Shown piece by piece: positions 1 to 9,064 of a stretch of DNA of 64,000 bases; the stretch's first letter is position 1; every line of letters begins with the position of its first letter. The stretch spans positions 13,287-77,286 of the IMG/VR virus record IMGVR_UViG_3300037486_000510; one strand, written 5' to 3'. The notes beneath the pieces are model-generated. The model had not been told where the DNA came from, did not search any database, and saw nothing but the letters and a program-made list of their open reading frames with translations. The translations under genes were made by a program, and so were the position numbers. The stretch is from a virus. Taxonomy: Duplodnaviria > Caudoviricetes.

Positions 1-543
1 TTGCATTCTGTTTGTTAACCATGGCCAAACAGGAGATTCTTTTGCTTCTATTAAATTAAAATATTGTAAGAACTCCTGTCGGTCGATGGCATAATTATCT
101 ACAGATTCCATGTCTAAGAAAAGCGACATATCATACTTAGTGTCAGCATGAGTACCAAAATCTGTTATTCCTTTTGCTATATAATTTATTATTTTTAAAT
201 CAATATCAATTTTATAATCATGAAAAAATTGGTCTATTCTTTTAAATTCTCCACAATTATGGCATTTAAAAAAATTAGTGAATTTGCCTATTAAAATAAA
301 ATTGCCCCTTTTTTTATAATCATTATGCATGCTATCTCCGCAGGCGGGACACGCAAAATTTATTCTATCTTTATGAACTCTTATTTGTTGTTTTCCGTAA
401 TTTCCTGGAAATCTTTGTTCTAATATTTGTTTCAATAAAGATACAAGATGTTCTCTATATTCATTATCAGATAGAGTAGCATCAATAGATGAAAGAGAAG
501 AGTCGAAACTCAACTCTTTCATTTCATTGATGATTGGATACAT
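1..543 (-). CDS. gp61: DNA primase, T4 gp61-like (N-terminal part; runs off window start; absent from ORF track)
   Basis: Manual translation from ATG at 543: MYPIINE...RINFACPACGDSMHNDYKKRGNF...FFKCHNCGEFK; CPxCGDS and CHNCG Zn-ribbon of gp61-type primases; open to position 1; starts 1 nt after the SSB stop. Confidence 0.85.
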   Translation of the reverse strand, partial: MYPIINEMKELSFDSSLSSIDATLSDNEYREHLVSLLKQILEQRFPGNYGKQQIRVHKDRINFACPACGDSMHNDYKKRGNFILIGKFTNFFKCHNCGEFKRIDQFFHDYKIDIDLKIINYIAKGITDFGTHADTKYDMSLFLDMESVDNYAIDRQEFLQYFNLIEAKESPVWPWLTNRMQ

Positions 544-544
544 T

Positions 545-1534
545 TTAAATGCTGTTTAGTGCTTCATCTAAATCTCCATCAAGACCACCTAAATTACCTT
601 TAGTTTCTATATCTGGAAGATTCAAATCAGGAAGAGAATCAAGATCACTAGAATTTATGTTTAAATCTTCAAGGGATAAATCTGTAGAAGTTATGCCCTT
701 ATTTTTACTTGATTCAGATGTTGCTGGTTTCTGTGGAGCGTTTCTTACAGTTGCATAAGTAGATGAAACTGATTCTCCTGTTACAGATGTGATTATTTGA
801 TTTACATAATCGTGTGTTTCTTGATCCCAATCTTTAAATGCATATTTACTAAGATCTGGACTATTTTCCTTTAAATAATTGAATACAGTTTCTCTTGGTG
901 TTTTTGCATTAATTTTCATAAATTTACCATTATCGTCTAATATAAATAATGGTATTTTTGTATCAAGAAATTTTGATTGATCGTAGTTGTTAAATCCAGC
1001 AACTTTAGTTACTACTACTGAAAAAGCCTTTCCGTCAAGCAAATCAAATGGTTCGTGTGGTTCACCTATGATAGGTTTCTTTTCAGCTTCGATTTTTTCA
1101 AAAATCTTTTTTCCAAATTTCCAAACCAATAATTTGCCAACAAGTTCTTTATTCTGGTCATCTTTTATAACCTGAATAATCGCACTAAATGAATGCCTTC
1201 TACTGAAAATTTCAGCTTTCTTTTGTTCTTGAACAGATTCACTTTTACGAAGTTTGAAAAACATGTCTTGAAGAGGAGAGGGTTTACCAACAGAAGATGG
1301 ACAGTCAACGTAACGTCCTCTATTTGTTAGCGGATCTACTAACCAGCATACCCATTTTTCAGAAATTGAATGTTGTGGGTCTTCCCACCATGCGATAAAA
1401 CGTATAACAGATTGATATACGCCATTTTTTCCTTTATCTGCTACTGGAGAATATTCTACAGTATTTTTTGGAGTTTGGTCTCCAATCTCTACGTTCGGAT
1501 GAAATAGAGCATCTAAGTCATAATTGTTACTCAT
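545..1534 (-). CDS. gp32: Single-stranded DNA-binding protein, T4 gp32-like
   Basis: YQSVIRF, CPSSVG..P, IQVIKDDQNKELVGKLLVWKFGKKIFEKI, PFDLLDG, GFNNYDQSKF motifs and acidic C-tail. Confidence 0.9.
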   Translation of the reverse strand: MSNNYDLDALFHPNVEIGDQTPKNTVEYSPVADKGKNGVYQSVIRFIAWWEDPQHSISEKWVCWLVDPLTNRGRYVDCPSSVGKPSPLQDMFFKLRKSESVQEQKKAEIFSRRHSFSAIIQVIKDDQNKELVGKLLVWKFGKKIFEKIEAEKKPIIGEPHEPFDLLDGKAFSVVVTKVAGFNNYDQSKFLDTKIPLFILDDNGKFMKINAKTPRETVFNYLKENSPDLSKYAFKDWDQETHDYVNQIITSVTGESVSSTYATVRNAPQKPATSESSKNKGITSTDLSLEDLNINSSDLDSLPDLNLPDIETKGNLGGLDGDLDEALNSI

Positions 1535-1609
1535 AGTCTTTTAGAAATTTTAGTTAATTAGTAATTTAGTAATTTAGTCTTAAAGCGCTTTTAGAACCTT
1601 TTACTTGTA

Positions 1610-1664
1610 TTATATATTCATAAAAATGAATAAAGTTTTTATTCTTATGTTAAAAAAATGTTAA
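1610..1664 (-). promoter_or_regulatory. Composite promoter TTAACA-N5-TTAACA-N8-AAAACT-N16-ATATATAA upstream of SSB
   Basis: Identical spacing to the element at 51111-51165. Confidence 0.7.
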
Positions 1665-1684
1665 TTTTTTAATATTGGAAATCA

Positions 1685-1915
1685 TTATAGAGTATACTCT
1701 TCTTCAACTCTTTGAAGTTGTTTTTGACGAAGTTTATCAATTTTTTCAAATTTTGAATTCAGTTTATATCTTCTGCTTCTTTTTATTTTATTTATTGCAA
1801 ACTGTTCATCCTTTTTGTATTTAAGTATTGCATACCTAACTACTTTTACAGCTTCTATGACAATTAACGTTAAGCATAGAATGTCAATTCCGATTAATAC
1901 ATAAATAATATTCAT
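1685..1915 (-). CDS. Hypothetical single-pass membrane protein
   Basis: 76 aa; hydrophobic N-terminus then basic tail; preceded by ATATATAA. Confidence 0.6.
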   Translation of the reverse strand: MNIIYVLIGIDILCLTLIVIEAVKVVRYAILKYKKDEQFAINKIKRSRRYKLNSKFEKIDKLRQKQLQRVEEEYTL

Positions 1916-1994
1916 TTTATTTCTTTATTTATATTATATATTTATAATCTAAATTTTATATAAAGTTTTCAATATAGATGTTTAATTATAGTTT

Positions 1995-2645
1995 TTAAGA
2001 TATATTAGATAAGCATTTAAGCATTTCTATAAGTTCTGGTTGAGGATGTGGATCAGATTTTTCCGGAAATGGACGAAAAGATATATGTCCCCAAACTCCC
2101 GGTTCTCCTTCTCGTGCTTTTTGTGATATTCCCCACATATCTTCATTATATGTTAAAGGAATATCATATCTCATTTTCCAATATAATAAAAGCTCTCCGA
2201 TAGTTTGTATTTGAGGAAGAGTATATTTTTCATAATAATTGTATCCTCTAAAACCATTAGGATAATATTGTGATGGAACATATATTTCATGTCCATAATA
2301 AGTTCTAAATTTTCCATTACCAACTGGTATAAGCCAGCCCCAATTATCAATTTCTATTCCTATAGATTGTTTATCTAATTCTGCATTTCCTGCTCCTAAA
2401 TGATATGCCCAATATTTTGAAGAAAAAAGTTGCCAAGGTATTCCTGATCTATCCACAATTATGCATGTTGCTATTCTTTCGGGTGTTGCTTCCCAAGATT
2501 CTATATCTCCATTAACTCCACTTCCTGATATAGTATGATGTAAAATAATCTGTTTTTTAGGATATTCTTCTTTAATGTATTGATTATTAGGAAAAGGTAC
2601 TGTTTCTATTTTACTTAAATCTATCGGCTTTAAATTTTCCCACAT
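1995..2645 (-). CDS. N-acetylmuramoyl-L-alanine amidase (Amidase_2), probable endolysin
   Basis: IILHHT, WAYHLG, SIGIEIDNWG, YTLPQI, WGH and KSDP motifs of Zn amidases. Confidence 0.85.
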   Translation of the reverse strand: MWENLKPIDLSKIETVPFPNNQYIKEEYPKKQIILHHTISGSGVNGDIESWEATPERIATCIIVDRSGIPWQLFSSKYWAYHLGAGNAELDKQSIGIEIDNWGWLIPVGNGKFRTYYGHEIYVPSQYYPNGFRGYNYYEKYTLPQIQTIGELLLYWKMRYDIPLTYNEDMWGISQKAREGEPGVWGHISFRPFPEKSDPHPQPELIEMLKCLSNIS

Positions 2646-2679
2646 ATTTTTTAATTTATTTTGTTTAGCATAGTTTAAT

Positions 2680-3006
2680 TTACATGCTTCTTGCCAATCT
2701 CATTATTTTATATCCATCTTCTGTAAATTCATATCCAGTTTCTGTTCTGCTTATAAATCCTAATTTCAAATATGTACATATAATATATGCAGCAGTTTCT
2801 TTAGTTTCTGCAAGACAATCTTTTATTTCAGTGTCATTGAGTATTGGAGTTGTTCCGGTAGAAATCTTTTTATTTATTTTACCTCTTAGAGAACTAAATA
2901 ACAATTCTCTTGTCATGAATGGAAGTGTTAAATATGTATCAAAATCTCCATTTTTAACTCTTTGTCCAATTTTGTTTAAAAACACTTCATTATTTAAATT
3001 TTTCAT
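2680..3006 (-). CDS. Hypothetical protein, possible C-terminal winged helix
   Basis: 108 aa; ends LKLGFISRTETGYEFTEDGYK, a wing-like G-x-I...Y-x-x-T-x-x-G pattern. Confidence 0.55.
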   Translation of the reverse strand: MKNLNNEVFLNKIGQRVKNGDFDTYLTLPFMTRELLFSSLRGKINKKISTGTTPILNDTEIKDCLAETKETAAYIICTYLKLGFISRTETGYEFTEDGYKIMRLARSM

Positions 3007-3066
3007 AGTTTATAATTTTATTTATTTATTAAGTTATATATCTCAATTATAAACAAAGTAAATATT

Positions 3067-3083
3067 TTAACAAAATTTTAACA
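3067..3083. promoter_or_regulatory. TTAACA-N5-TTAACA direct repeat between divergent genes
   Basis: ttaaca aaatt ttaaca, identical 17-mer to 51111-51127. Confidence 0.6.
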
Positions 3084-3090
3084 GAAATAA

Positions 3091-3110
3091 TATTGAATAT
3101 ATAAAATAAA
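3091..3110 (+). promoter_or_regulatory. Late-type promoter TATTGAATATATAAAATAAA
   Basis: Exact 20-mer also at 38566-38585 and 39323-39342; T4 late TATAAATA-like. Confidence 0.7.
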
Positions 3111-3120
3111 TCTTTAATTA

Positions 3121-3597
3121 ATGAGAGCTCAATTGATTAATGAAAAATTTACTGATGAATCGGATCCTATATCTGATATGGGTATAGGCTTTGCAGGAAT
3201 TAATGATTTTAAAAATCGTCTTAAAGAAGTTGCAGAAATTCCTAATAAAGATCTTAAAAATATGAATTTTAGAGATAATTCTCAAAAAATTCTTGAATTA
3301 CGAGAGATAACAGCACAATTAGTTATGTTTTATTTTAGAGAAAAATATGGATTAAAATTTAAGCCAGAATCGGGAGCTAAATATGAGGGCTCTATGATAG
3401 GAGAAGCACGATTAGGAAATTTTATTTTTAAATTATGGTGGTCAACTACAATGCAAAGTATAAAATTAATGATATTATCTACAGGCCCACATGGACAATA
3501 TAAAGAATCATCAAATTGTCAATCTATGAAATCTCTTGAAGGAAATCTTATAAAGATCTGTAAAGAACTTAATATAAAATTGTTAAATCAAGAATAA
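3121..3597 (+). CDS. Hypothetical protein with NEKF-DP leader
   Basis: MRAQLINEKFTDESDPISDMGIG shared with 5236..5610, 39353..39664, 62606..63304. Confidence 0.8.
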   Translation: MRAQLINEKFTDESDPISDMGIGFAGINDFKNRLKEVAEIPNKDLKNMNFRDNSQKILELREITAQLVMFYFREKYGLKFKPESGAKYEGSMIGEARLGNFIFKLWWSTTMQSIKLMILSTGPHGQYKESSNCQSMKSLEGNLIKICKELNIKLLNQE

Positions 3598-3658
3598 TTA
3601 GAATTGATCAAAGAAGAGAAAAATCTAAAAATAATTAAAAATCATATTTAGAAAAAAA

Positions 3659-3713
3659 TTAACAAAAAATTAACATTTTTAGCGAAACTTAAATATATGC
3701 TTCCATAAAATAA
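3659..3713 (+). promoter_or_regulatory. Composite promoter copy TTAACA-N5-TTAACA-N8-GAAACT-N16-TAAAATAA with no downstream sense ORF
   Basis: Same spacing as 1610-1664 and 51111-51165; degenerate -10. Confidence 0.5.
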
Positions 3714-3757
3714 ATACTTAAGCCTCCCCGGAAAATCTCTATATCAGAATACAAAAT

Positions 3758-4384
3758 TTAAATTTTTTCTTTTTTTCTAAAAGTTTCTAAAACCCAATAA
3801 GAATCTACTAAATCATCAACATTATCTATCCAAGAAATTCCTCCTTTTTTATGAAATTCTTCTGATCTTTCAAATAATGATAAACGAAATTTACATATTG
3901 GACCTATTTTAATAAACTGATTTATCATTTCCTTTTTTCCCATAGTTTGTTTAGCACATCCTGCTATACTTTTCACCGTAATAGGAGAGTAAGTAAACAT
4001 ATTATCAAATGGCACTAGTTCAGATAATCTATCCATAAGTTTATACTTATAACCACCTAATTGTAGCACTACGTCTCCCTTTGATGCATAAGCGAGGCCC
4101 TCGAATACAAGATAGGTATCTTTATTAATATGAGGTAAAAGCGTTTCTGTGATTAGATTTACAAGATAGCGCGCATTAGAGACTTCATATCTCATTTTAG
4201 AAGAAAGAGATTCTCCTTTATTTTTATCATCGATACGATTAATTACATTAACGCCGGCTTTCTTATAAATTTCTGAATATTTATCAGAAAGTTCATACGG
4301 CCAAAGATAAAAATAATATTTATTATCTGAAAAAACACACGCGGCAGGTTTATTTATAGAAAAATCAAAACCGATAATATTCAT
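3758..4384 (-). CDS. RuvC-like Holliday junction resolvase/nuclease
   Basis: IIGFDFS, VFEG, TVKSIAG..KKEM, DDLVDS: RNase H-fold RuvC acidic motifs. Confidence 0.8.
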   Translation of the reverse strand: MNIIGFDFSINKPAACVFSDNKYYFYLWPYELSDKYSEIYKKAGVNVINRIDDKNKGESLSSKMRYEVSNARYLVNLITETLLPHINKDTYLVFEGLAYASKGDVVLQLGGYKYKLMDRLSELVPFDNMFTYSPITVKSIAGCAKQTMGKKEMINQFIKIGPICKFRLSLFERSEEFHKKGGISWIDNVDDLVDSYWVLETFRKKEKI

Positions 4385-4400
4385 TATTTATATTTTTAAA

Positions 4401-4889
4401 TTATTGATAATTATTAGATATATCATTAGTAAGCATATCAATTAAATCCTGCTTTTTTGGAGATTGTCCATATTCTTTTTTATATTTTCTAACTAAATAA
4501 TTATAAATATTGTCATCGTATATTAAACTTTCTGCAGAATCATAGATATAGCTATATGGATCTTCGATATCATCTACAGACTGTCTTAGCCCATGTATTA
4601 TGTCTTTTATTTCACGCATATATTGCTGTGTAGTTATAATATGTGTTTTTGTTTTTTCTATTTCTCTCTTTTTAGGAATTATAGTTCCATTTTCTTCCAT
4701 CCACTTAGAAGATATCATTTTTTTATTTCCATGTATATCAGTAACATGAAGAATATCAAATTTGCTACTATAATCTTCTACTTTAGCTATATGATATTTG
4801 TTGGTTTTTGTTTGAACACTCATTCCTGCACGAAATTTACTTGCGAAATTAGATTCATTAATATTATCTTTTATGAATATTGCTTTCAT
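4401..4889 (-). CDS. Hypothetical protein (N-terminal INE motif)
   Basis: 162 aa in a tightly packed operon; MKAIFIKDNINE resembles the leader family. Confidence 0.7.
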   Translation of the reverse strand: MKAIFIKDNINESNFASKFRAGMSVQTKTNKYHIAKVEDYSSKFDILHVTDIHGNKKMISSKWMEENGTIIPKKREIEKTKTHIITTQQYMREIKDIIHGLRQSVDDIEDPYSYIYDSAESLIYDDNIYNYLVRKYKKEYGQSPKKQDLIDMLTNDISNNYQ

Positions 4890-4898
4890 AATTTTTAC

Positions 4899-5225
4899 TT
4901 ACTTAGCTAAAGTGTATCCCAATGCTGCAGTAACAAGACTACTAGTTAATAATTTACCCAACGCGCCATTTTCCTGTATTCCAAGAACGCTACAAATTGC
5001 TTTTCCTATTGCTGGACCTGCTAATGCGCCTACTCCAGCACCTAATAGGCCTGTAAATAAACCTTCATCTATGTCTTCTCCTTTTTTAAGTTTATCTACA
5101 ATAAGACTATAGGTTCTTTCTGCTTCTTTAATTTGCGTAGGCGTAAAGCCCTTTATTTGTTCAGACTCAAATATGCTTGATCCATTAGAATATTTTAAAT
5201 CATAATATGTAGGAAATTTTTCCAT
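4899..5225 (-). CDS. Hypothetical protein with C-terminal glycine-zipper hydrophobic segment
   Basis: IDEGLFTGLLGAGVGALAGPAIG...LVTAALG. Confidence 0.7.
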   Translation of the reverse strand: MEKFPTYYDLKYSNGSSIFESEQIKGFTPTQIKEAERTYSLIVDKLKKGEDIDEGLFTGLLGAGVGALAGPAIGKAICSVLGIQENGALGKLLTSSLVTAALGYTLAK

Positions 5226-5235
5226 AATGATATTT

Positions 5236-5610
5236 TTATTTTATATATTCTTTTTGAAAATCTTCTAAAAAAGATAGTATCATTTCATATCCATCTATAA
5301 TTTCGTTGATTTTATTAATATGACGTTTATCGTCATAATGACTATCAATAGTAAGTTTGCGTTCTCGAATAGATCTATCAATAGATTCTATTGCAGATTT
5401 AGTATCAAATTTATGATTTATTATAATGTCTAATGCGTTACTAAATCCTACTTCTTCATATGTTGTTAAATTAGAACTAGATAATACATCATTTCTAAAT
5501 TCTATTAATTTTTCTCTTAAAAATTTTTCAAGCGCATTTTTTCCAATACCCAAGTCTTTTATAGGATCCGATATTTCTACAAATTTTTCATTTATAAATT
5601 TTGCTCTCAT
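5236..5610 (-). CDS. Hypothetical protein with NEKF-DP leader
   Basis: MRAKFINEKFVEISDPIKDLGIG; TAATG-coupled to upstream gene. Confidence 0.8.
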   Translation of the reverse strand: MRAKFINEKFVEISDPIKDLGIGKNALEKFLREKLIEFRNDVLSSSNLTTYEEVGFSNALDIIINHKFDTKSAIESIDRSIRERKLTIDSHYDDKRHINKINEIIDGYEMILSFLEDFQKEYIK

Positions 5611-6203
5611 TATAGCGTATACATTTCGTCATTTATTCCTGCAGTATAAACTTCATTAGTTAATCTTTTAGTAATTTTATATCTATTATACGCTAAATTC
5701 AATGTAAATGTATTAAACTCGGCAGCAATAGAAGCATAACTTATATTAAATTGAGATAGCGCAATAGGAACTATTTTTTGGAACTCAAACGCAAGTAATT
5801 CAAAACCATGATGATCAAGAAAACTTATATACATAGAAGGCCAAAATGGCTGAGTGTCGTGATATTTTTGGTATTCTTCTATTTGTTCAAATATCAACCA
5901 ATAAGTTATAAAGCCCTCAGTTAATTTAAATGTAACAGTGATCATTTTGTCAAGAATTGGTTCTAATTCTTTGCCGCCTCTATATCTAATTTTGAATTGA
6001 CTTTGTCCTTGAATTACTGGATCTAATCTCACTTCTGGAAACGTAACAGATTGAACTGATGCATTAAAAAAATCTTCAAGACTTTGATATTGTAGCTTTA
6101 ATCGTTTAACTACAGGCGTCCATCTTTCTCTAACTTCAGGATAAAAGAAATCTTTAGGAAACCATACTGCGTACATATTAAGTTTAGAATTCAAAAGGCT
6201 CAT
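5610..6203 (-). CDS. Tail tube-fold protein (gp19/gp3/gp54-like)
   Basis: SVQSVTFP, ITVTFKL, FEFQKIVPIALS, NTFTLNLAY pattern and size typical of tube-fold proteins. Confidence 0.55.
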   Translation of the reverse strand: MSLLNSKLNMYAVWFPKDFFYPEVRERWTPVVKRLKLQYQSLEDFFNASVQSVTFPEVRLDPVIQGQSQFKIRYRGGKELEPILDKMITVTFKLTEGFITYWLIFEQIEEYQKYHDTQPFWPSMYISFLDHHGFELLAFEFQKIVPIALSQFNISYASIAAEFNTFTLNLAYNRYKITKRLTNEVYTAGINDEMYTL

Positions 6204-6244
6204 AGATAATATTTTAAGTTATTTTATAAATATTTTTTAAAAAA

Positions 6245-7084
6245 ATGTTAATATATAATATACATTTAAATTATATATCTATGAAATCTCCGATTAAAGA
6301 TCAAAACAATAAGTTTATTTGCGAAGAATGCAACAGAACATTTGCAAAAAAAGATGGATTAAGCAAGCATATATCTATTAATCATATGTCTAAAAAAGAA
6401 TATTATGATAAATATTTCAAAAATGAAGGCGAAGAATTGTGTCCTATTTGTGGAAATAAAAATCCATATTTAAATAGATGGGATAGAGGTTATAAAAAAA
6501 CATGTTCTTATAAATGCGCTAATTTATTAAGAACACAATCACAGGAAATAACAAAATTCAAAAAATATGGAGATAAACGATATAATAATACAAAACAAAG
6601 AAACAAAACCAATATTGAAAAATATGGAAATAAATGTCCTACACAAAATTTTAATATACATCAAAAAATTAAAGAAAATAATATTGAAAAATTGGGGGTT
6701 GAATATCCCTTTCAAAGTGATAAAATTCAACAAAAAGTTATAAATAAATTTTCTCAGTATAGAAGATTTAAAGATACGAATGTATATTATAATACAAGTT
6801 ATGAATTTGATTTTTTAGAAAAATACTATTATATATTTTCTGATATACAACGAGGAAACTCTATTAAATACACATATAATAAAAAACCTACATATTATTT
6901 ACCAGATTTTTATATACCATCATTAAATTTAATTGTCGAAATAAAAAATTCATATCTGGCCAAACGTGATAAATCTAAAATAGTGGCAAAGAAAAAAGCC
7001 ACTATTTCTAATGGCTTTAATTATATTATGATAACTGATAAACGATATAATAAATTTAATAAGTTATATGCTAATTTTTTTTAA
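6245..7084 (+). mobile_element. Free-standing endonuclease: C2H2 and CxxC Zn fingers plus PD-(D/E)XK domain
   Basis: CEECNR...LSKHISINH, CPICG, TCSYKC; YLPDFYIPSLNLIVEIKN. Confidence 0.75.
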
Positions 7085-7088
7085 AATT

Positions 7089-8873
7089 TTATGTTTTTTT
7101 CAATTCTGCGTTTTCAGCGCTTAATCTATTAACTTCTGCCATTAAATCTGCGACATTTTTTTGTAAATCAGTAACAGTAAATAAACTTGAATAATTAGCC
7201 ATTACAGTTTGCTGATCTGAATAATTGTAATATGTTCCTTGATAGAAAGTATAATATGTTCCATTAGGATTTTTTATGATTATAGAATATTCATTATTTT
7301 TTTGAGATTTAATTCTAGCAAGTTGTTCTTCTGTTAATTTAAATTCTATTTCTCCAATAGTTGTATTCATATTATCTGCATTATAAGTTGGTCCAACTTC
7401 TATTTTAGTAAGATCATCTAATTGAAATAACAAACCATAATTATAAGCGCCTGATAGATCTACATTTTCAAGATCTCCTCTTGAATTTAATCTATGAAAC
7501 GTGAATTTATAATCTGAATCAAATGTTTTTAAGAATAATGGTCCAGTTCCTTGTGGAAATACTTCATTATCTACATTTAATACAACTTTTGTTACATCAT
7601 AAAATACTTTTACATATTTAATTTTTTCTATGTTATTTCCGATTTTTGTATTAACTGTTTCTGATTCTATTCTATTAAATACTTTATATGGAATTAAATT
7701 ATCAACATTCAATCTTGTAAATCTCATTCCATATTTTTTAGGATCTGTTGATGAAAATGATGCTTTTCGAATAATCTGTGTTCCATCCATTCTATTTGTT
7801 AATCTGCAAGTATATTGTATTGTGTAAGATACAGCTATATCTGAATTTTTTAATATGGGTCTAAAATAATTTGCATCCTCAAAATCACTATCTTGTGTAA
7901 AAGAATATTTTTGCGTTAGAATACTACTTCCCGGAATTTGTTCATATACAGATATTTCATGAATAACCACCCATTTTCTTGCATCTATTCCATATGTATC
8001 TGTAAATTGTTCATAATTATCATTTGGATTATTGGACGTGTATAATCTTATTCTTCCAGTTTCAATATCATTTATGTAATTTCCTATTATACTTTCATTC
8101 CATATTGCATAATATTCTATAAAATCTCCGTATGTTGATTCTGCTATATGACAATTAAAGTTATCAGCTACACTTGTTACGGGTAATTGAGCGTTTACAA
8201 TTTCTTTTAAAACAAAAGAATCATTAACAATTTCATCAATAGTACTATATGTTAAAAAGATATCTGAAAGCTGAGCTACTTCTAATGTTGTACCTAAATT
8301 AGTAACCGTGTCATCTCCTAATTCTTGTATAGAAGGAATTGAAAATTCTACATATTTATCATAAAATCTATTTCCTAAAAATAATGTATTAAAAGCAAAT
8401 TTTATTACATTACTTCCAAGAGTTTGCGTTTGCTTTGCATAAGTAAAATTGGCTAAATCAACCATACTTCCTGTTGATGTTTCTGCTCTTACTTGAAGTA
8501 AAAATCCCGCGATGTCATCGAAATTATATCCAGAAACAATATGAACTTTAATAGTATCAAGTGGATAAGTTGTAGTAGATATTACAACAGAAGAATCCCA
8601 ATAATATGGATAAGTAGTAGTGTAATTAGAAGAATCTAAGTACCAAGCAGTTCTTTGCGAATTAAGAGGAATGGAATTTAATGGAAGTATATTATTTGTT
8701 CCGCCTAAAGCGCCATCGCCTTCATAAAAATATTTAGTCCCTGAATCTGATAGGCCATTAAATTCGGCAACATGAGGAGAAGTTAAAGTAGTTACTTCAT
8801 CTGTTTTATTAAACTCATATTCAAGAAGTAAAAAATCTGTTAGTTGTATATATTTTGAGATATTTGTTGCCAT
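7089..8873 (-). CDS. Hypothetical virion/baseplate-region protein
   Basis: 594 aa, beta-rich, C-terminal coiled coil, ATATATAAATT upstream. Confidence 0.7.
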   Translation of the reverse strand: MATNISKYIQLTDFLLLEYEFNKTDEVTTLTSPHVAEFNGLSDSGTKYFYEGDGALGGTNNILPLNSIPLNSQRTAWYLDSSNYTTTYPYYWDSSVVISTTTYPLDTIKVHIVSGYNFDDIAGFLLQVRAETSTGSMVDLANFTYAKQTQTLGSNVIKFAFNTLFLGNRFYDKYVEFSIPSIQELGDDTVTNLGTTLEVAQLSDIFLTYSTIDEIVNDSFVLKEIVNAQLPVTSVADNFNCHIAESTYGDFIEYYAIWNESIIGNYINDIETGRIRLYTSNNPNDNYEQFTDTYGIDARKWVVIHEISVYEQIPGSSILTQKYSFTQDSDFEDANYFRPILKNSDIAVSYTIQYTCRLTNRMDGTQIIRKASFSSTDPKKYGMRFTRLNVDNLIPYKVFNRIESETVNTKIGNNIEKIKYVKVFYDVTKVVLNVDNEVFPQGTGPLFLKTFDSDYKFTFHRLNSRGDLENVDLSGAYNYGLLFQLDDLTKIEVGPTYNADNMNTTIGEIEFKLTEEQLARIKSQKNNEYSIIIKNPNGTYYTFYQGTYYNYSDQQTVMANYSSLFTVTDLQKNVADLMAEVNRLSAENAELKKT

Positions 8874-8962
8874 TTTATACTTTTATTTAATTTATATATT
8901 CCTTAATAAATTTTCTTTTATCTATGATATAATTTATACATATAATCTGTGTATTCATATGA

Positions 8963-9041
8963 ATATATATAAAAAGTAGTAAGGCTTTTGGGAAAAGCCA
9001 ACTAGATGGTTAAAACTAGCTGTCCTACTTTATTTATATAT
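8963..9041 (+). other. Structured leader (3-way junction) bounded by 17-bp imperfect inverted repeats containing promoter motifs
   Basis: AAAGTAG 8973-8979 / CTACTTT 9025-9031; GGCTTTT-GGG-AAAAGCC 8983-8999; CTAG..CTAG 9002-9019. Confidence 0.55.
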
Positions 9042-9064
9042 CTTAAAAATAAAATGGTTAATCT

